NCBI GenBank assembly: GCA_010093605.1
Contig: MU004190.1
Span: forward strand, 62,001-126,000
From: Lophium mytilinum
Lineage: Eukaryota
Reading direction: 5' to 3'
Length of the DNA stretch: 64,000 bases
Part shown: piece by piece, positions 49,941-61,664 of the stretch
Layout of the letters: each line of letters begins with the position of its first letter
How positions within the stretch are numbered: position 1 is the first letter of the stretch
The notes under the pieces: generated by a model
Told to the model about the DNA's origin: nothing
Seen by the model: the letters and a program-made list of their open reading frames with translations, nothing else
Databases searched by the model: none
Made by a program: the position numbers and the translations under genes

Positions 49941-51617
49941 CTATGAGGCACCCTCAACTTGATCTGCCCAACTTCTGCCTGCTGCGGGACTCGGCAATCC
50001 AAAGCTTTCCTGCTGCTTCAGCTGTCCAGGCCTCGGGCTCGCTACCGTCTCCTTGCTCTCCTTCGTCTCCGTCGCCACGTTCGTATCCAGCTTCGCCGCC
50101 TTCCCCTTGATCGGGAAATCCAGTATCTTGGGCTTCTCACCCGCCGTCTCTTCCACCTTCTTCTGCTTGGCTGGGAGATCCGGGAAGTCGTCTGCACCGG
50201 GAGGTTTCTGAGCCTTGGGCTGGGCCTTGGGAGTATGCTCGGCATGGGGCGTGGAGGCCGCCGCATCACCTCTTCCACCTCGCCCGCCCCGTCCCCTTCC
50301 TCTGCCCCGACCACCCCTCTCACCGCCCCTATGACTAGGCGTGCTCGGCGCCTCGTCCTCCCGGGTATCCTCTGACCTCGCAGCAGGCACGCCTCCCACA
50401 ACGCCTCCAAATGCGCCCCTCCTCGCGCCACCCCTCTGCTCCTCCCCAGTCCCGCCAAAGCCCTTTTCTTTCTCTAGATCCCACTCCCGGCCGCCCATTG
50501 CTTGTAGTTTCCGCTGCGCGTTCCGTTCACGCTCGCCCATCATCTGCGCGCGGTTCTGGCGATCGGCTTTCTGGCGTTGCTGGAGTTGCTTCCGCTTCTC
50601 GGCATTGTGATGGGCGGCCTGCGCCTCGCGAGCTTCGAAAGACGCGAGGTCGGCTTCGGCGCGGGCGTGGGCGGCGGTGCGGAGGGAGTTTTTGAGGGAG
50701 ATGGAGGCGAGGCGGGCGGAAAGTTCGGCTTCGGTGAGTTTGGTCTGCGGATAGTTAGTAGAATGTACGTTAGGCCTGTGAATGCTGGCATATAGGGTCC
50801 AGAGGTTGGATAGACATACTCTCTTCACACCCCCAGTCCCACTCCTGTCTCCTCTCACCGCACCCTCCCTTGCAGGCGTCTGGGGCAGAGTCGGTTTCGC
50901 GACCTCACCCTCAATTTCGGCGTCTCCCTCCCCATTGGCAACCTTCTTTGCGACCACATCCTTCTCGAGTTCCTCGCTCTCTACCGGCGGCGCATGAACC
51001 GCGGGAGCATGAGCTGACGCCTGCATACTCCCCCCACCGCCCTGTGTATGCTGCTCCCGCCCACCCTGGTGGTCTCCCCTCCCACCCCTCCCCCGTCCCC
51101 TATTCCCCCTTCCCCTGCCCCTCTGGCCCTGGTCCCTCGGTCCATGAGGCGCATTAGGTGGCGGGTTTGGTGCTGAAACAACAGGGCTCGGTGCTACAAC
51201 AGGGCTCGGCTCGACAACAGGTTCCGGCATGGGCGTGAAGTCGTCGTCAAACAGATCATCGGGGGGTCGGGTTTGCGCGAACTCGTCCTCGGGGTTGAAG
51301 TCGGCGTACATGTCTGTCTATGGAGAGGAAGGGGAGGTAAGTATACAAGGGTGTGGTGGGGAAGGGAAGTGTGCTATGGGGGACGCGAAGGAGCTACTTA
51401 CGGAGAAGGATGAGCTTTCGACGGGTATTGGGTCTTCGAAGTGTGGTATTGCGGTTTCCGCTGGGGCTGGTGCAGCTTCTGCTTCTGGTGCTGGAGCTTG
51501 TGGTTCGTCTTGTACAGCTGGTTCTGGCGCAGGTTGCGGAGCTGGTTGTGAGGTGGAGGAAGGTGGCGGGAGAGATGCCGCGGCGGCGGGCTCTTTGGCC
51601 CAGCGGGAGGACTGCAT
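49941..51617 (-). CDS. RGG-rich low-complexity protein (2 introns)
   Basis: MQSSRWA start, DDLFDDDF, two RGRG/RGG tracts, GREWD; introns near 51318-51401 and 50747-50820. Confidence 0.75.
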
Positions 51618-52223
51618 TGGTGAATTAGAATTATAGGGGTGGTGGTGGTAATAATTATTTGGTATACGGCTGGTGTTTGTCGAGACGAATGGAGGCCGGT
51701 GGTGAATATTGCGGAGGACGCCAGGACGCCGAGGCGGAAAGTAGTCGCTAGCGGGTTTAAAATTACGCATTTGAGGCGCAGACTGTAGCACGATCCTCAT
51801 TGATATCCTCGTCTCATGTCAACTACGACAAATGCTAGATCTGTCTCATGGACTAAGAGATGTGTTGATTGAGACATGCAGCTGCTCAGTCTATAGAAAT
51901 ATGCCGCTGTCATGTGTGCTGACCTCCACATCACCTATTCTACCATTACCACGACTACACCTCTACACCTACCCGTCACTCCTAATGCAAGTCTAATGCA
52001 AGATAGCCAGATATGTACCCACCACCTACTGTCCAACACGTCCGATCTCGTTCCCCCCTAAATCTACTCCGCGACACTATACCTCCTTACCAGAATCTGA
52101 GCCTGGCAAACAGCCCACCGAACGGCCATCGACATCGACACCGGCGTCTTCTAAGAGTCAGTTCACATCAGCCTCGTCCCAACCCTGAACACATACGCAA
52201 AGCTCCAACGCGACGGCATCGAC

Positions 52224-53236
52224 CTACGCCTGTGCAGACACCTGCTTCGCCCCCTCTTGACTAACCACCCTCTCCAAATCTCCGCCTTCAGTCGCGCCAT
52301 TCGTCGGCGGTAGCTTCGCCTTCAAGAACCCGTTCGTGATCCAATTACTCGTCGCCGCATCCGCCAAATTCCGTTGCTCGGCCTCAGTGAGCGGTATCTC
52401 ATGCCCCTTACGCCTCAACCTCGACTCGCTCGTCTCCACCAACGCCGCATCCGCCGTCTTCGCCGGCGTCGAGGTATCGAGCGAATATACGCGGTACTCG
52501 CAATTCGCCCATCCAGTCCCTGCACCCAGTGTTAGCATGCCGCCACCCTCACCTCCGCAAAACTTATAAGGGAAACATTGCCTGTAATGGGCACCCCGTC
52601 CCGCGCCTCATCATACGCCCACGCCTCCGCCTCCGCCACCATCCCATCCAACCCCATCCCCACCCCCGCACCGGTCAACGAAACACGCCTCCTACCGGTG
52701 AATATCGAGTGGTCCGTCCAGTCCCCCGTGAAGAAGTGCAGGAAGCCCCCGTGCGTGACTACCGCAACCTCCTTCTCCTCGCGCTTCGCCAGCCACTCTC
52801 TCGCGCGCTTCGCCCGCGCGAGGATCAAGCCCGGCACCGGCGCGTACGGCGCAGTGGTCTTCTCGTTCCAGCCGTCGAAGAGCAGTGAGAAGTCGACGGG
52901 GTGGTCCTTGAACTCCTCGATCAGGTCCGGGATGTCGGAGCCCGTGTCGCAGGGTAGCGCGCTGGTCTCCTGCAGGTCCGGGAGCGCGATGATGCGGAGG
53001 TCTGGGCGCTGCTTGAAGAGCGCCGCGAAGGTGTAGAGCGCGGTGTAGATGGTGCGCTTGATCGGCGAGGCCACGATGAGGTCGAAGGAGGTGATGTTGG
53101 GGATTTTGGTCGCGAGCTCGCGGCATTGCTGCTCCCCGAGCTCGGTGAGGCGGGGGTCGCGGAGTTGGTGATTTGCTTCACAGAGGTTGTGGAAGCCTTG
53201 GGCGTGGCGGATTAGGGTTAGGTGTTGGGGAGGCAT
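52224..53236 (-). CDS. Histidine phosphatase / phosphoglycerate mutase-like protein (1 intron)
   Basis: LIRHAQGFHN, SPIKRT, LQE..PCDTGS, VVTHGGF, WANCEYR. Confidence 0.9.
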
Positions 53237-54233
53237 CTTGTCTAAAACGTAGATATGGTAGGCGTCAGATTGAGGGCAGTCGTCCTGTAAGTATGTCTGT
53301 GGTGGTAGTGGTGGTTGCTGAGTTCCGGTTCCAAGGTTCGTGCTGTGAGTCAAATCTGGTAATCTCTGGCGGGGATCAAAGCGCGCAAGGTAGGAACTTT
53401 TTATAGGCCCATGAATACCGCCGCTGCCGAAAAACTCTACCCTGCTGTCACGCAACGTAGCGGCACACTGGGGAGTGGACACTTGCCGAATCATCAGCGA
53501 TGTTGAGGCCGTAGTTGACGAATCAAAGGCGTGGTGAATGCATCGTCATAGTTGCCGAAGAAAACTTATCGATAAGCGAACAAAGCAAATCTCGGCTTGC
53601 CTATTTCGGAGCGCCACCTCTAGCAACGTTATACAGCAACTGCCACATCTTCGTTAGCTGTTGCTTCGAAGAGATTCCGTTGACTTTGCAGTCGTGTTAG
53701 CTTTGTGTCCGTTCGGTTTGCCACATCAATTCACTCACCGGGTTTCATCGGCAAAGTTGCATCTCTGCGTCTCGGCAGACTTACCTGATGCAGTCAAAAT
53801 ACCCAGTATTCCAAGACTCATATCTTTGCTAACCAAGAGCCTGTTGCGGAACAACACGGAGTTTCGAGAGTGTTGGTTGAACAATATATTTTTAGATACT
53901 GTATAGTGTTGTCTCGGTAGGTGTGCAGAAACCATTCGCCTCTGGTTTGTGTAAGAGCATGATATTAGTACAGTAACGCAATGTAGACTATTCCCAACAT
54001 TCCACTACTCCCTTCACATCAAGTTTGTCGAGAGGTGTTGGTATTTTTAGTTCAATCTACTTCTCCTTCAGGCGCGCAGTTCCATGATGAAAAATTGTGA
54101 TGGTGCCGCAGATGACCATATCCTAGTCATATTACTCCTTGATGGCACCAGAGCATTGCAATACTTCTGAGCTATATCAGACGGAACATCCGAGAGGATC
54201 GCCCACAAGGTTCATACTCAGTCCTTCGTGAAG

Positions 54234-56267
54234 CTATAGCTTGGTCGTACCTGCGTCTGTGTCTTCGTGATCGTTTCCCACTAGCGTCGAAGCCGTGTCT
54301 TCCCACTCGTCATCGCTACCATAGCCATCCTCCTTTTTGGGAGATGATCCGCTCCGTACACTTACCACGTCCCAATCCGTAAGGGCATTATCGTCGACAA
54401 CCAAGTCTGAATCGCGGCGGACAACTTCGTACCCCTCTGCCTCTAGCTCCTCAAGCGCAGCTAGCTCCTTCGTGAATTGGTCAAGTCCTTTCACACTTGC
54501 CAGGCCTTGGTCGATCTCCCCAGTAGCCGCCTTTGGCCACTCTATCCATTGCGACAAACTCAGGCGCTCGAGTTGATGAATTCTGGCAGCAAGCGCGTTA
54601 ACTGACTCAGACGACTCGGCATTGAGCTTGTCCATCTGCGATTTGAGCAGTGCCGCGAGCTGTTCGTTTTTCAGTTCGCGCTCCTCGGGCCAGTCTATTT
54701 GCTGTGGCACACTTGAGAGATCCATTTCGTCTGTCCTAGTAGCGATCTTCCCTTTTAAAGCGATGATTTTCTGTTCTTCCTTCTCTATTTGTTCCTTGAT
54801 CTCAGTTATGCGCTTTTCGTGACGCAAACTTTGGATCTTCTCCCGCGCAAGCTGTGCAGCCCACGCAGCTCGCTTCAGGTCCAGCTCCATCTTCTCTCGT
54901 GTAACTCTCTCGCCCCTCTCTTTGGCTTCGGCTTTCGTTTTCTCCTCCCGGACCTTTGCATTGGCTTTGAGAAAAGCTGCCGCATCTCGCAACATATCGT
55001 CGAACATTAGGTCTTCATCGCTGCAAGCCTCAGGCCAGATACAGCCGGAGTGCACCAACCGCTTCGTTGCCTTGATCTTGCAGAGGGGGTGGACCAGCTG
55101 TTTCGAGGCTCGCGGGTCCAGAATCTCGTGACCCGAGATTTCTAATCCTTGAAGTGTGTCGTTGAGCTTAGCTATCTGCGCACATGTTATTGCCCAGTGG
55201 AAGGCGCGTGCTTTGCGCTTGCTCAAAGCTCCAGGGTCTAGTGGCACAGCTGGCAGACGGATTGTTCGAATGCAACGGCGGGTGGGTTCAGAAAGCTGGT
55301 CAAGGAATAGCTGAAGGAGGCCTTCGACATCGTGAAGGTGGAAAGTTTTGTCGCCGTAAAGGATAGCGAGAGCCTCGCCGTAGATAGTCTTACTGGTACG
55401 GAGGATCGCAGTCGTAAAGGGCGTCTTTGGCTGAGGAGTAAGGCTAAAGCTCAGCGTCGGATTGAGGGGACGAGTCAGCTTATAACAGGGTAGCTGAAGT
55501 TGCCGCTTTATGCCGACAACGGTGGATTGTGCGTCCAAGTCCGTCAGGAGATAGCTATAGATTCGCTGCCGAATGAACGTCGGGAGGGACAGAAATGACG
55601 ATGAGGCTCGGACAGACGGGCCGTGCGAGGTACATTCATTCGCAAGGCTGGCCTGATCATACTGCGGCGGAGGTGTTGACTCCGCGGCCAGTTTCTGTAG
55701 TCTCTGGGAGAGCTCCTCGGCTTGGACCTTTTCGCGCCACTCTGGGTGCCTGTTCTCGACATGCTTCGTCCAGAAATTTCGGGCTTTGAACAGCTTGGTA
55801 CATTCTGCTAGCTTGCAGCGCCACCTAGCTTCGGCTTCTTTATGCACGTATTGGCTCATTTCAACCTCCACAGGCTTCTCCGTCATCTCCTCTTGCTGCC
55901 TGCTTTCCGTCTTCCTTCTCCAGCCTTCCTTGTTTTGTTGCAATACGTATGCCCTCCGAACAACGCGATCCAGCTCTTCGCCGTCTCTCTTGTGGCAGTC
56001 CGCATGTGATAGCTGTGCCTCCTGTATCAGCCTCGAGCTGTCCTCCAGACTGAACCCTCGATCACTCGGAGCCAGTGGCTGAGTGTGGTGTTCTCCGTCG
56101 TGCTCGGCTGGGGAGTGCATGGATTGAGATTGATCCGCGTCTATGGCGCTCGTGCTGGGCTCAATTCGTGCTTCAGGTAAAGATAAAGGGGATTCCGTGG
56201 CGTGTTGGTGGAGGAGGGCGGGCTGTGGAGCTGCAGCCACTGTATCAGCCTTGCAGGCAGACGACAT
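54234..56267 (-). CDS. Hypothetical protein: ARS2-type C2H2 finger, F-box-like motif and coiled coil
   Basis: WRCKLAECTKLFKARNFWTKHVENRH; SFLSLPTFIRQRIYSYLL..AILRTSKTIYGEALAILY. Confidence 0.7.
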   Translation of the reverse strand: MSSACKADTVAAAPQPALLHQHATESPLSLPEARIEPSTSAIDADQSQSMHSPAEHDGEHHTQPLAPSDRGFSLEDSSRLIQEAQLSHADCHKRDGEELDRVVRRAYVLQQNKEGWRRKTESRQQEEMTEKPVEVEMSQYVHKEAEARWRCKLAECTKLFKARNFWTKHVENRHPEWREKVQAEELSQRLQKLAAESTPPPQYDQASLANECTSHGPSVRASSSFLSLPTFIRQRIYSYLLTDLDAQSTVVGIKRQLQLPCYKLTRPLNPTLSFSLTPQPKTPFTTAILRTSKTIYGEALAILYGDKTFHLHDVEGLLQLFLDQLSEPTRRCIRTIRLPAVPLDPGALSKRKARAFHWAITCAQIAKLNDTLQGLEISGHEILDPRASKQLVHPLCKIKATKRLVHSGCIWPEACSDEDLMFDDMLRDAAAFLKANAKVREEKTKAEAKERGERVTREKMELDLKRAAWAAQLAREKIQSLRHEKRITEIKEQIEKEEQKIIALKGKIATRTDEMDLSSVPQQIDWPEERELKNEQLAALLKSQMDKLNAESSESVNALAARIHQLERLSLSQWIEWPKAATGEIDQGLASVKGLDQFTKELAALEELEAEGYEVVRRDSDLVVDDNALTDWDVVSVRSGSSPKKEDGYGSDDEWEDTASTLVGNDHEDTDAGTTKL

Positions 56268-57306
56268 GCTCTCTGCGGAGGGGTGTCGCCGTAAGACACG
56301 GGGGGTGGGGGGGTGTGGACTTCTCGGGGCGGCGGAGATGATGGTGGAATAGGAAGGAGAATGACAGGTCAAAAGAGGTTTGCTACATGAGCCTGATGGA
56401 TGAAGAAGAGAAGTTCGGATGTCAGATGTTGCTGCAGATGGAGCTGGAGTGCTGCCTGGACCGCCCCCGCGTTTCGTCCGTGCACACTAAACCCTCAGCC
56501 TTCCTCTCTGCGCCCCTCACCCCTGACACGCCTCGGGACGGGTGACGGGACGGTAGTGTTCCTTCTCCCGCCCCGTCCTTCTCTTCTCTACACTTTCGCT
56601 ATCCAATTGCAACATCCCACACCGCTGAAGATGGCTGAGGGTTGATTTGCGCCCCTATGCCAGCTGACTGCTGCAGGACAGGTTTTGCACGACTCCTGCG
56701 CCGCTGGGCATGTTGCAAAGAGAATGCAATTAGCGCTGAGGCGTCCCAGATTCCAGCTCGACGGCGTGGCTTGCATTCGTTATCAGAAGCACTGCCTTCT
56801 AGAAGCTCAGATGCAATATTCGGCATGCACGGCATTGACCTTCTCAAAGACCTCCTGCGTGCCTCAGGACCCCACGTCCCACGTCCTGCCCCTTCCTGCA
56901 CTCCGTTATCAAGTGTTTCAGCCTTCTTCTCCCAATCATCGTCCGTCTTGTCCGTCTCAGCGTCATTTAGGTGCTGTGCCTCAGCCAAGTCATCTCGAAT
57001 AGGATCGCTCCCCAGCCCTGGGCCAGTATAGTAGCCACGAGGACCGTTCCCGGGAGCTTGGTCTGCCTTGTCGTCAATCCTCTCGCCTTCTTAATGGCCG
57101 TTGATAGGCTACACCCCGTCGGCTTATCCTCAGATAGAAAGGCACAGACTTGAAAGACGTAGGTTGGATGCTCGCCCATACCGTTGAGCTTCTCAGCAAT
57201 GACTCCCTTAGTGTATGTCTTATAATCCCATACTCCCATCTTCTTTGTAGTTAAAGCCCTACTCCTTCTCCATTGTCGCTTTGTTTCAAGTCGCTCTCTA
57301 CTTGCC

Positions 57307-59546
57307 ATGGGCTCCACTGCTCAGTCAATCGCTACTGGCAGTCAAGACTTTGCCGCCCTTGCTGGCTTGTTTTGCACTGACGGCGTTGAGAGAAACCTAC
57401 TTGCTGCCCAGTACGGATATGCTTCGGTAGCTGCTTCGTCTCTGTCTATTTTGGGACTGCTCGGCCTCGTCAAGAGCACCGTTAAAGTTGCTATGGGGTT
57501 GGAGAAATGTAAGTGCCCTCGCGTCCAGATTGCAGACCTACTCTACATCTCTCAATAAAACGTCGAAACCTGATAGTCACGCACGACTCGCTATGACCCA
57601 CTATCAATCGTACGGACCCACAAATTTCTGCTGGATTCTACCTACGGAATTGGAGAGCATGTTGCTAATTAGTAGCAGGTGTCACAGCTGGTTTCACGGT
57701 TGACTCATTGCGAGGAAGATTCGGGTTTCTTCTCGATGAGACTGCTCCAATTGACTTAGTCGAGTGCGACGTGGTCGAAGTATCCCTCTGGGACAAATTC
57801 TATCACATCAAGAAATCGAAACAGTACCTCCAAAAGGAACGGAACCCTATCGTTGCTGTCGGAAGCGACTGGCCTGGTGGACTCCATGGGATCACCGCCG
57901 TCAATCTCGGAAATGCCAGACGGGAACGGGCGTTTATACGACACCCGCTTGTCATCGCTACGCTTGCCTTATTTTGCTCGGGAGCGACAGCATGGCTTCT
58001 ACTGATCGTCAGTACTGAGCGAACGTGGGTGACATCTGTCGCGGTACCCGGCCTGCACGCGAGCCTACTACTGATGCTAGCCATACCACTTCTTCACGAT
58101 CACCAGACGAATCGGCCAGCCAGGCATATCAGCGCCGCCAAATACAAAGCCCTCTTCACTGGCGTGAATGATAATGCAACCCGGCTCCGATTCCTACAAT
58201 CACGCGTAAATGGAGGCGATGTGCTCCACTTTCGCGGTAGTACGGCTTTAGTTGATCCTGGATTTATGCCGGTGCCAGCAATAATTGTGTCGGCCTTTTG
58301 TGCCGTCGCATACATTTGCCAGTATGCAGTTCTTAAGAAAGCTTCCAGCACTAGAGCGTTCCTATGGATAGGTGCACAAGCAACGCTCGCACTGATTCGC
58401 GTCGGGCTGTGGGCCTGGAATCCTTCTTTTGACGACCCGAGAACCGAGCAGACCGAGTTCGCCCTTGTCAAAAATGACGCTTCCGAATCGATCACCTTTG
58501 CTGAACTCGTTTGTGCATCCTCCAGTACTGAGTTCAAGCTGAAGGAAAAGTTTTGGAAGTTTCTTGCTTCCAACGACACATACAACATATTAAGACACGC
58601 ACTAGAGTTTGAATGGGAGCACAGCTTCACCCCGGTTGAGACCATCCCCCTTCTCTTCATGGATCTTGGGCGCATACTGAGAAATAGAGTATCATCGGAA
58701 GAGGAGAAGAAAGAACTGGACGCCATTCTCAACGGTCTTCCACTGCGAATCGGCTTGTACATCAACAACAAGAATCACGTGCGTCCGTTCGTAATGACCG
58801 AGACTTCCTACACGCTGGTTCCATCGGAATACAGCCACGCGCTAACAACAAGATGGTGCTGGGTGCAAGTTACTAGAGAAGAAGAAACATTCGGGTTTTC
58901 TCCATGCCGCGGCTTTGCTGTCAAAGAGGACGGTGATCAGGTCCATCTTCGTGGGCCCTCAGACTGCCACCGACAGTGTATGCACGATGCAGACTCAATC
59001 CCCGGCCTTACATCGTGCAGTAGAGGGTGTCCATTTAAGAAGTCCTCACAAAACCACCTCGATCAGGATGATCTCAAAGGCTTCTCGGACAAAATGCGGC
59101 GTATCGCTAGGCTCCAAGCGTACCTAGTGAAGAAGAAGTCGTCTCCGAGCTTGACGGGTCGACCAGACGTCTATCTCACTGCCACACCGGGAACGACAAC
59201 ACGCAAGGGTCTCTACTGCGATCCAGCACACCGCCACGGCGGCACACTTAGCGACAAAGGCTTCGACTTTGTTAGCGGTCTGGCGAGTATCGCTAACTAT
59301 ATCGACCACGGATTCGCAGAGCAGCAACGCGAGAAGCTTTCGTTCAAGGATATCGGTTTAGAGTCGTGGAACTCTTTCACAGGCTCACTTCGCCTTCCGA
59401 ACACTGTCCTTAAAGAACACCTTCGTGATCGTTCCGCGTCGTCCCTCGATAGTTCTCTCTGGAAAGCCGAAATCAGCTCTATCGCCAAGCCATCGACATC
59501 CATATCACCTGGTCTGAGGACAGCATCTCCGTTTCATTTTGTCTGA
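57307..59546 (+). CDS. Hypothetical multi-pass membrane protein (intron near 57509-57678)
   Basis: Exon 1 QDFAALAGLF..LSILGLLGLVKS; long second ORF with about 4 hydrophobic segments. Confidence 0.7.
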
Positions 59547-59994
59547 AAAACTGCTTCAATATATCGAGGTTAGAGTGATGCAGTAGCCATTGAAGGCCGA
59601 CGCTACCATGCATTCCCTAGCTCATCATTTATTTTAGGCCCACCGTTAGGTTTTTTACTCATCTGCGCGATCTTCTCGGTTATTTCAGTAACACATGGGC
59701 GGCCCCTTCGTTTCAAACTTGAGAACTTTGACACAGTCGATTTCGTATCTACAGCCTTGTCATCGAACCCGGCCTAGGCCTCCACGTGACACATTTCTCG
59801 CGACACTCCATCAATTGCCTCCACCCCAAGATCAGGTACGTTGACAACACGAAACAGTGTTCATCCTACTGAAATCCTCTCAAGATCATCCCGCTCATCC
59901 ACTCAAAGCAAGGGTATACGAGCACGAACCACGACCACGACACCACAGCAGCTCTCATTCGAATCTCAATACAAAGCCCTGTCATAATCGGCAC

Positions 59995-60370
59995 CTAGTC
60001 TTCCATCTCTTTCTGCGGCATCTCGGTTGTGCTGCCACGTCTGAAGATACTCAAGATAGACCCCTTCCGTTCTTTTATCGAAGTCGTGGACCAGACGCTG
60101 CTGCGGCGGCGGGGCTCTGTGGAAGTGTCAGTGATGTATAATTAGATGTTGGTACGGGTCAGACGAAATTCACATACGTTCCGACGGCATATTGGCCAGG
60201 GTCTCTTTTGCCGCTTCGACGACTGAGGGCCGGCCTGATTTAGATGTGTTAGTTGTGCAAGGCTGATTGCGAACGAGCAGGACGAATGAGACTCTGGGAG
60301 TGGGAAGCAGCTTACGCAAATTGCCAGCGCCGCCGATGCCGTAGGAGGTGTGGCGTTCGTTGTCGGTCAT
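59995..60370 (-). CDS. Small protein with GIGGAGN motif (DUF3602-like), 2 introns
   Basis: Spliced MTDNERHTSYGIGGAGNLR|RPSVVEAAK..SE|QPRRRSSVWS..EMED*. Confidence 0.75.
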
Positions 60371-61072
60371 GGTGTATGATATGATAAAGTACTTCGAATT
60401 CTTATATCCTGCACGTGGATACCTTGAATGTATATATAGCTGGGATATATCTGATAGCAGAAAAGAAGTTCAGGAAAGCCCTAGCCCACCAGCTCCGAGA
60501 GAGGACCAGACGAGGATACTAAATACCTCCCCGTCCCACCCTAACCCAACCCCCCTCCGCATATCACGCCTCAGCAGCCGACGAACCCACCGCTTGATTC
60601 GCCTGCTCTACCCCCAAAGCTATCCCGTTGACGCACCCCGCAAATCGCGCACCGCATCCAGACGTCAGGGTCTGAAGCATCTCCACCCTTCTGAACCCCA
60701 GATCCTACAACTCCGAGCATCCTCACCTCGCACGCCCCCGTTAACTCCTTCCTCCACCTCCACCTTCCCATATCTTCCTCAACCCTCTTCATGCCACAGC
60801 GTCTCACATCACTAGAAGAATCATACACAGGTGATGATCGCGTTACACCACCGCGTCATCTCGCTGCGCCCACGCTCACGCCAACCCGCGACGCCCAGCG
60901 AATCGTGGGCGCCGTGTCTATCGCAGCCCTGCCCAGCCCGCTAAGCCGCTCAAGCCTTCGCTAGCGTGGATCCGCGGGCTTGGCCAGTGGGGTTGCGGGA
61001 GCTTATCAGTGACGTTGGGGCACGCCGGAGTGGAGGTGTGCGGGGTCGCGTGAGGGTGGATCGAGGGACTAG

Positions 61073-61312
61073 CTCTACGTCGGAGTAATAACCTCTCGTT
61101 TTAAGGCTCGTGCGCGACAACACCCAGCACTCTGAACTACCTCCAAACCTTGATAAATAATTTCAAAAAATATCTTAGGATATAGCTCTGACTTTGCGCT
61201 TCAAGACCGTTCAAAAGTACTTTCGAATATCGAGGCTGGGGGTGTTGTTTTAAAGTCTTAACGTTGGTGTGCAAGCTGCCTTAAAAACGGAGGTTATTAC
61301 TCCGACGTAGAG
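61073..61312. mobile_element. MITE (240 bp) with ~35-bp TIRs and 5-bp TSD ACTAG
   Basis: CTCTACGTCGGAGTAATAACCTC at 61073 is the exact reverse complement of the 23 bp ending at 61312; ACTAG at 61068-61072 and 61313-61317. Confidence 0.92.
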
Positions 61313-61664
61313 ACTAGGTACTGTCGGTGAGGAAGGCGAGGGATGGTAGAGGGTGGAAAGGTTGTTGTGGCGCAATTGGACTGTTGTTAGGCGGAGCGAA
61401 GAAAGGGGGGTTTGGTCACGTTCATGTCTACATCACGTTCATGTAGACATGTAGAAGGGGAAGGTGGTTGGGAAGGTATTATCTGGTGATGCCTCTTGTG
61501 CCTAGTTTCGTAGTGTATATTAAGGCGTAGGCAAGTTTTGTGGGTAGGTAGGGGTATATCCAGCTCCGATATCGTGAGTCTTGATGTCTCGCTTCGAAAA
61601 CCAATAGAAAACCAGCAGTGTAGGTATGCTCCCGCCTATTCAACGCCATTTTTATTCGTTCATA

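Noticed and set aside
61416..61455. Short TCACGTTCATGT duplication with CATGTCTACAT/ATGTAGACATG inverted pair
   Set aside because: Too short; could be a repair or excision footprint but cannot be supported
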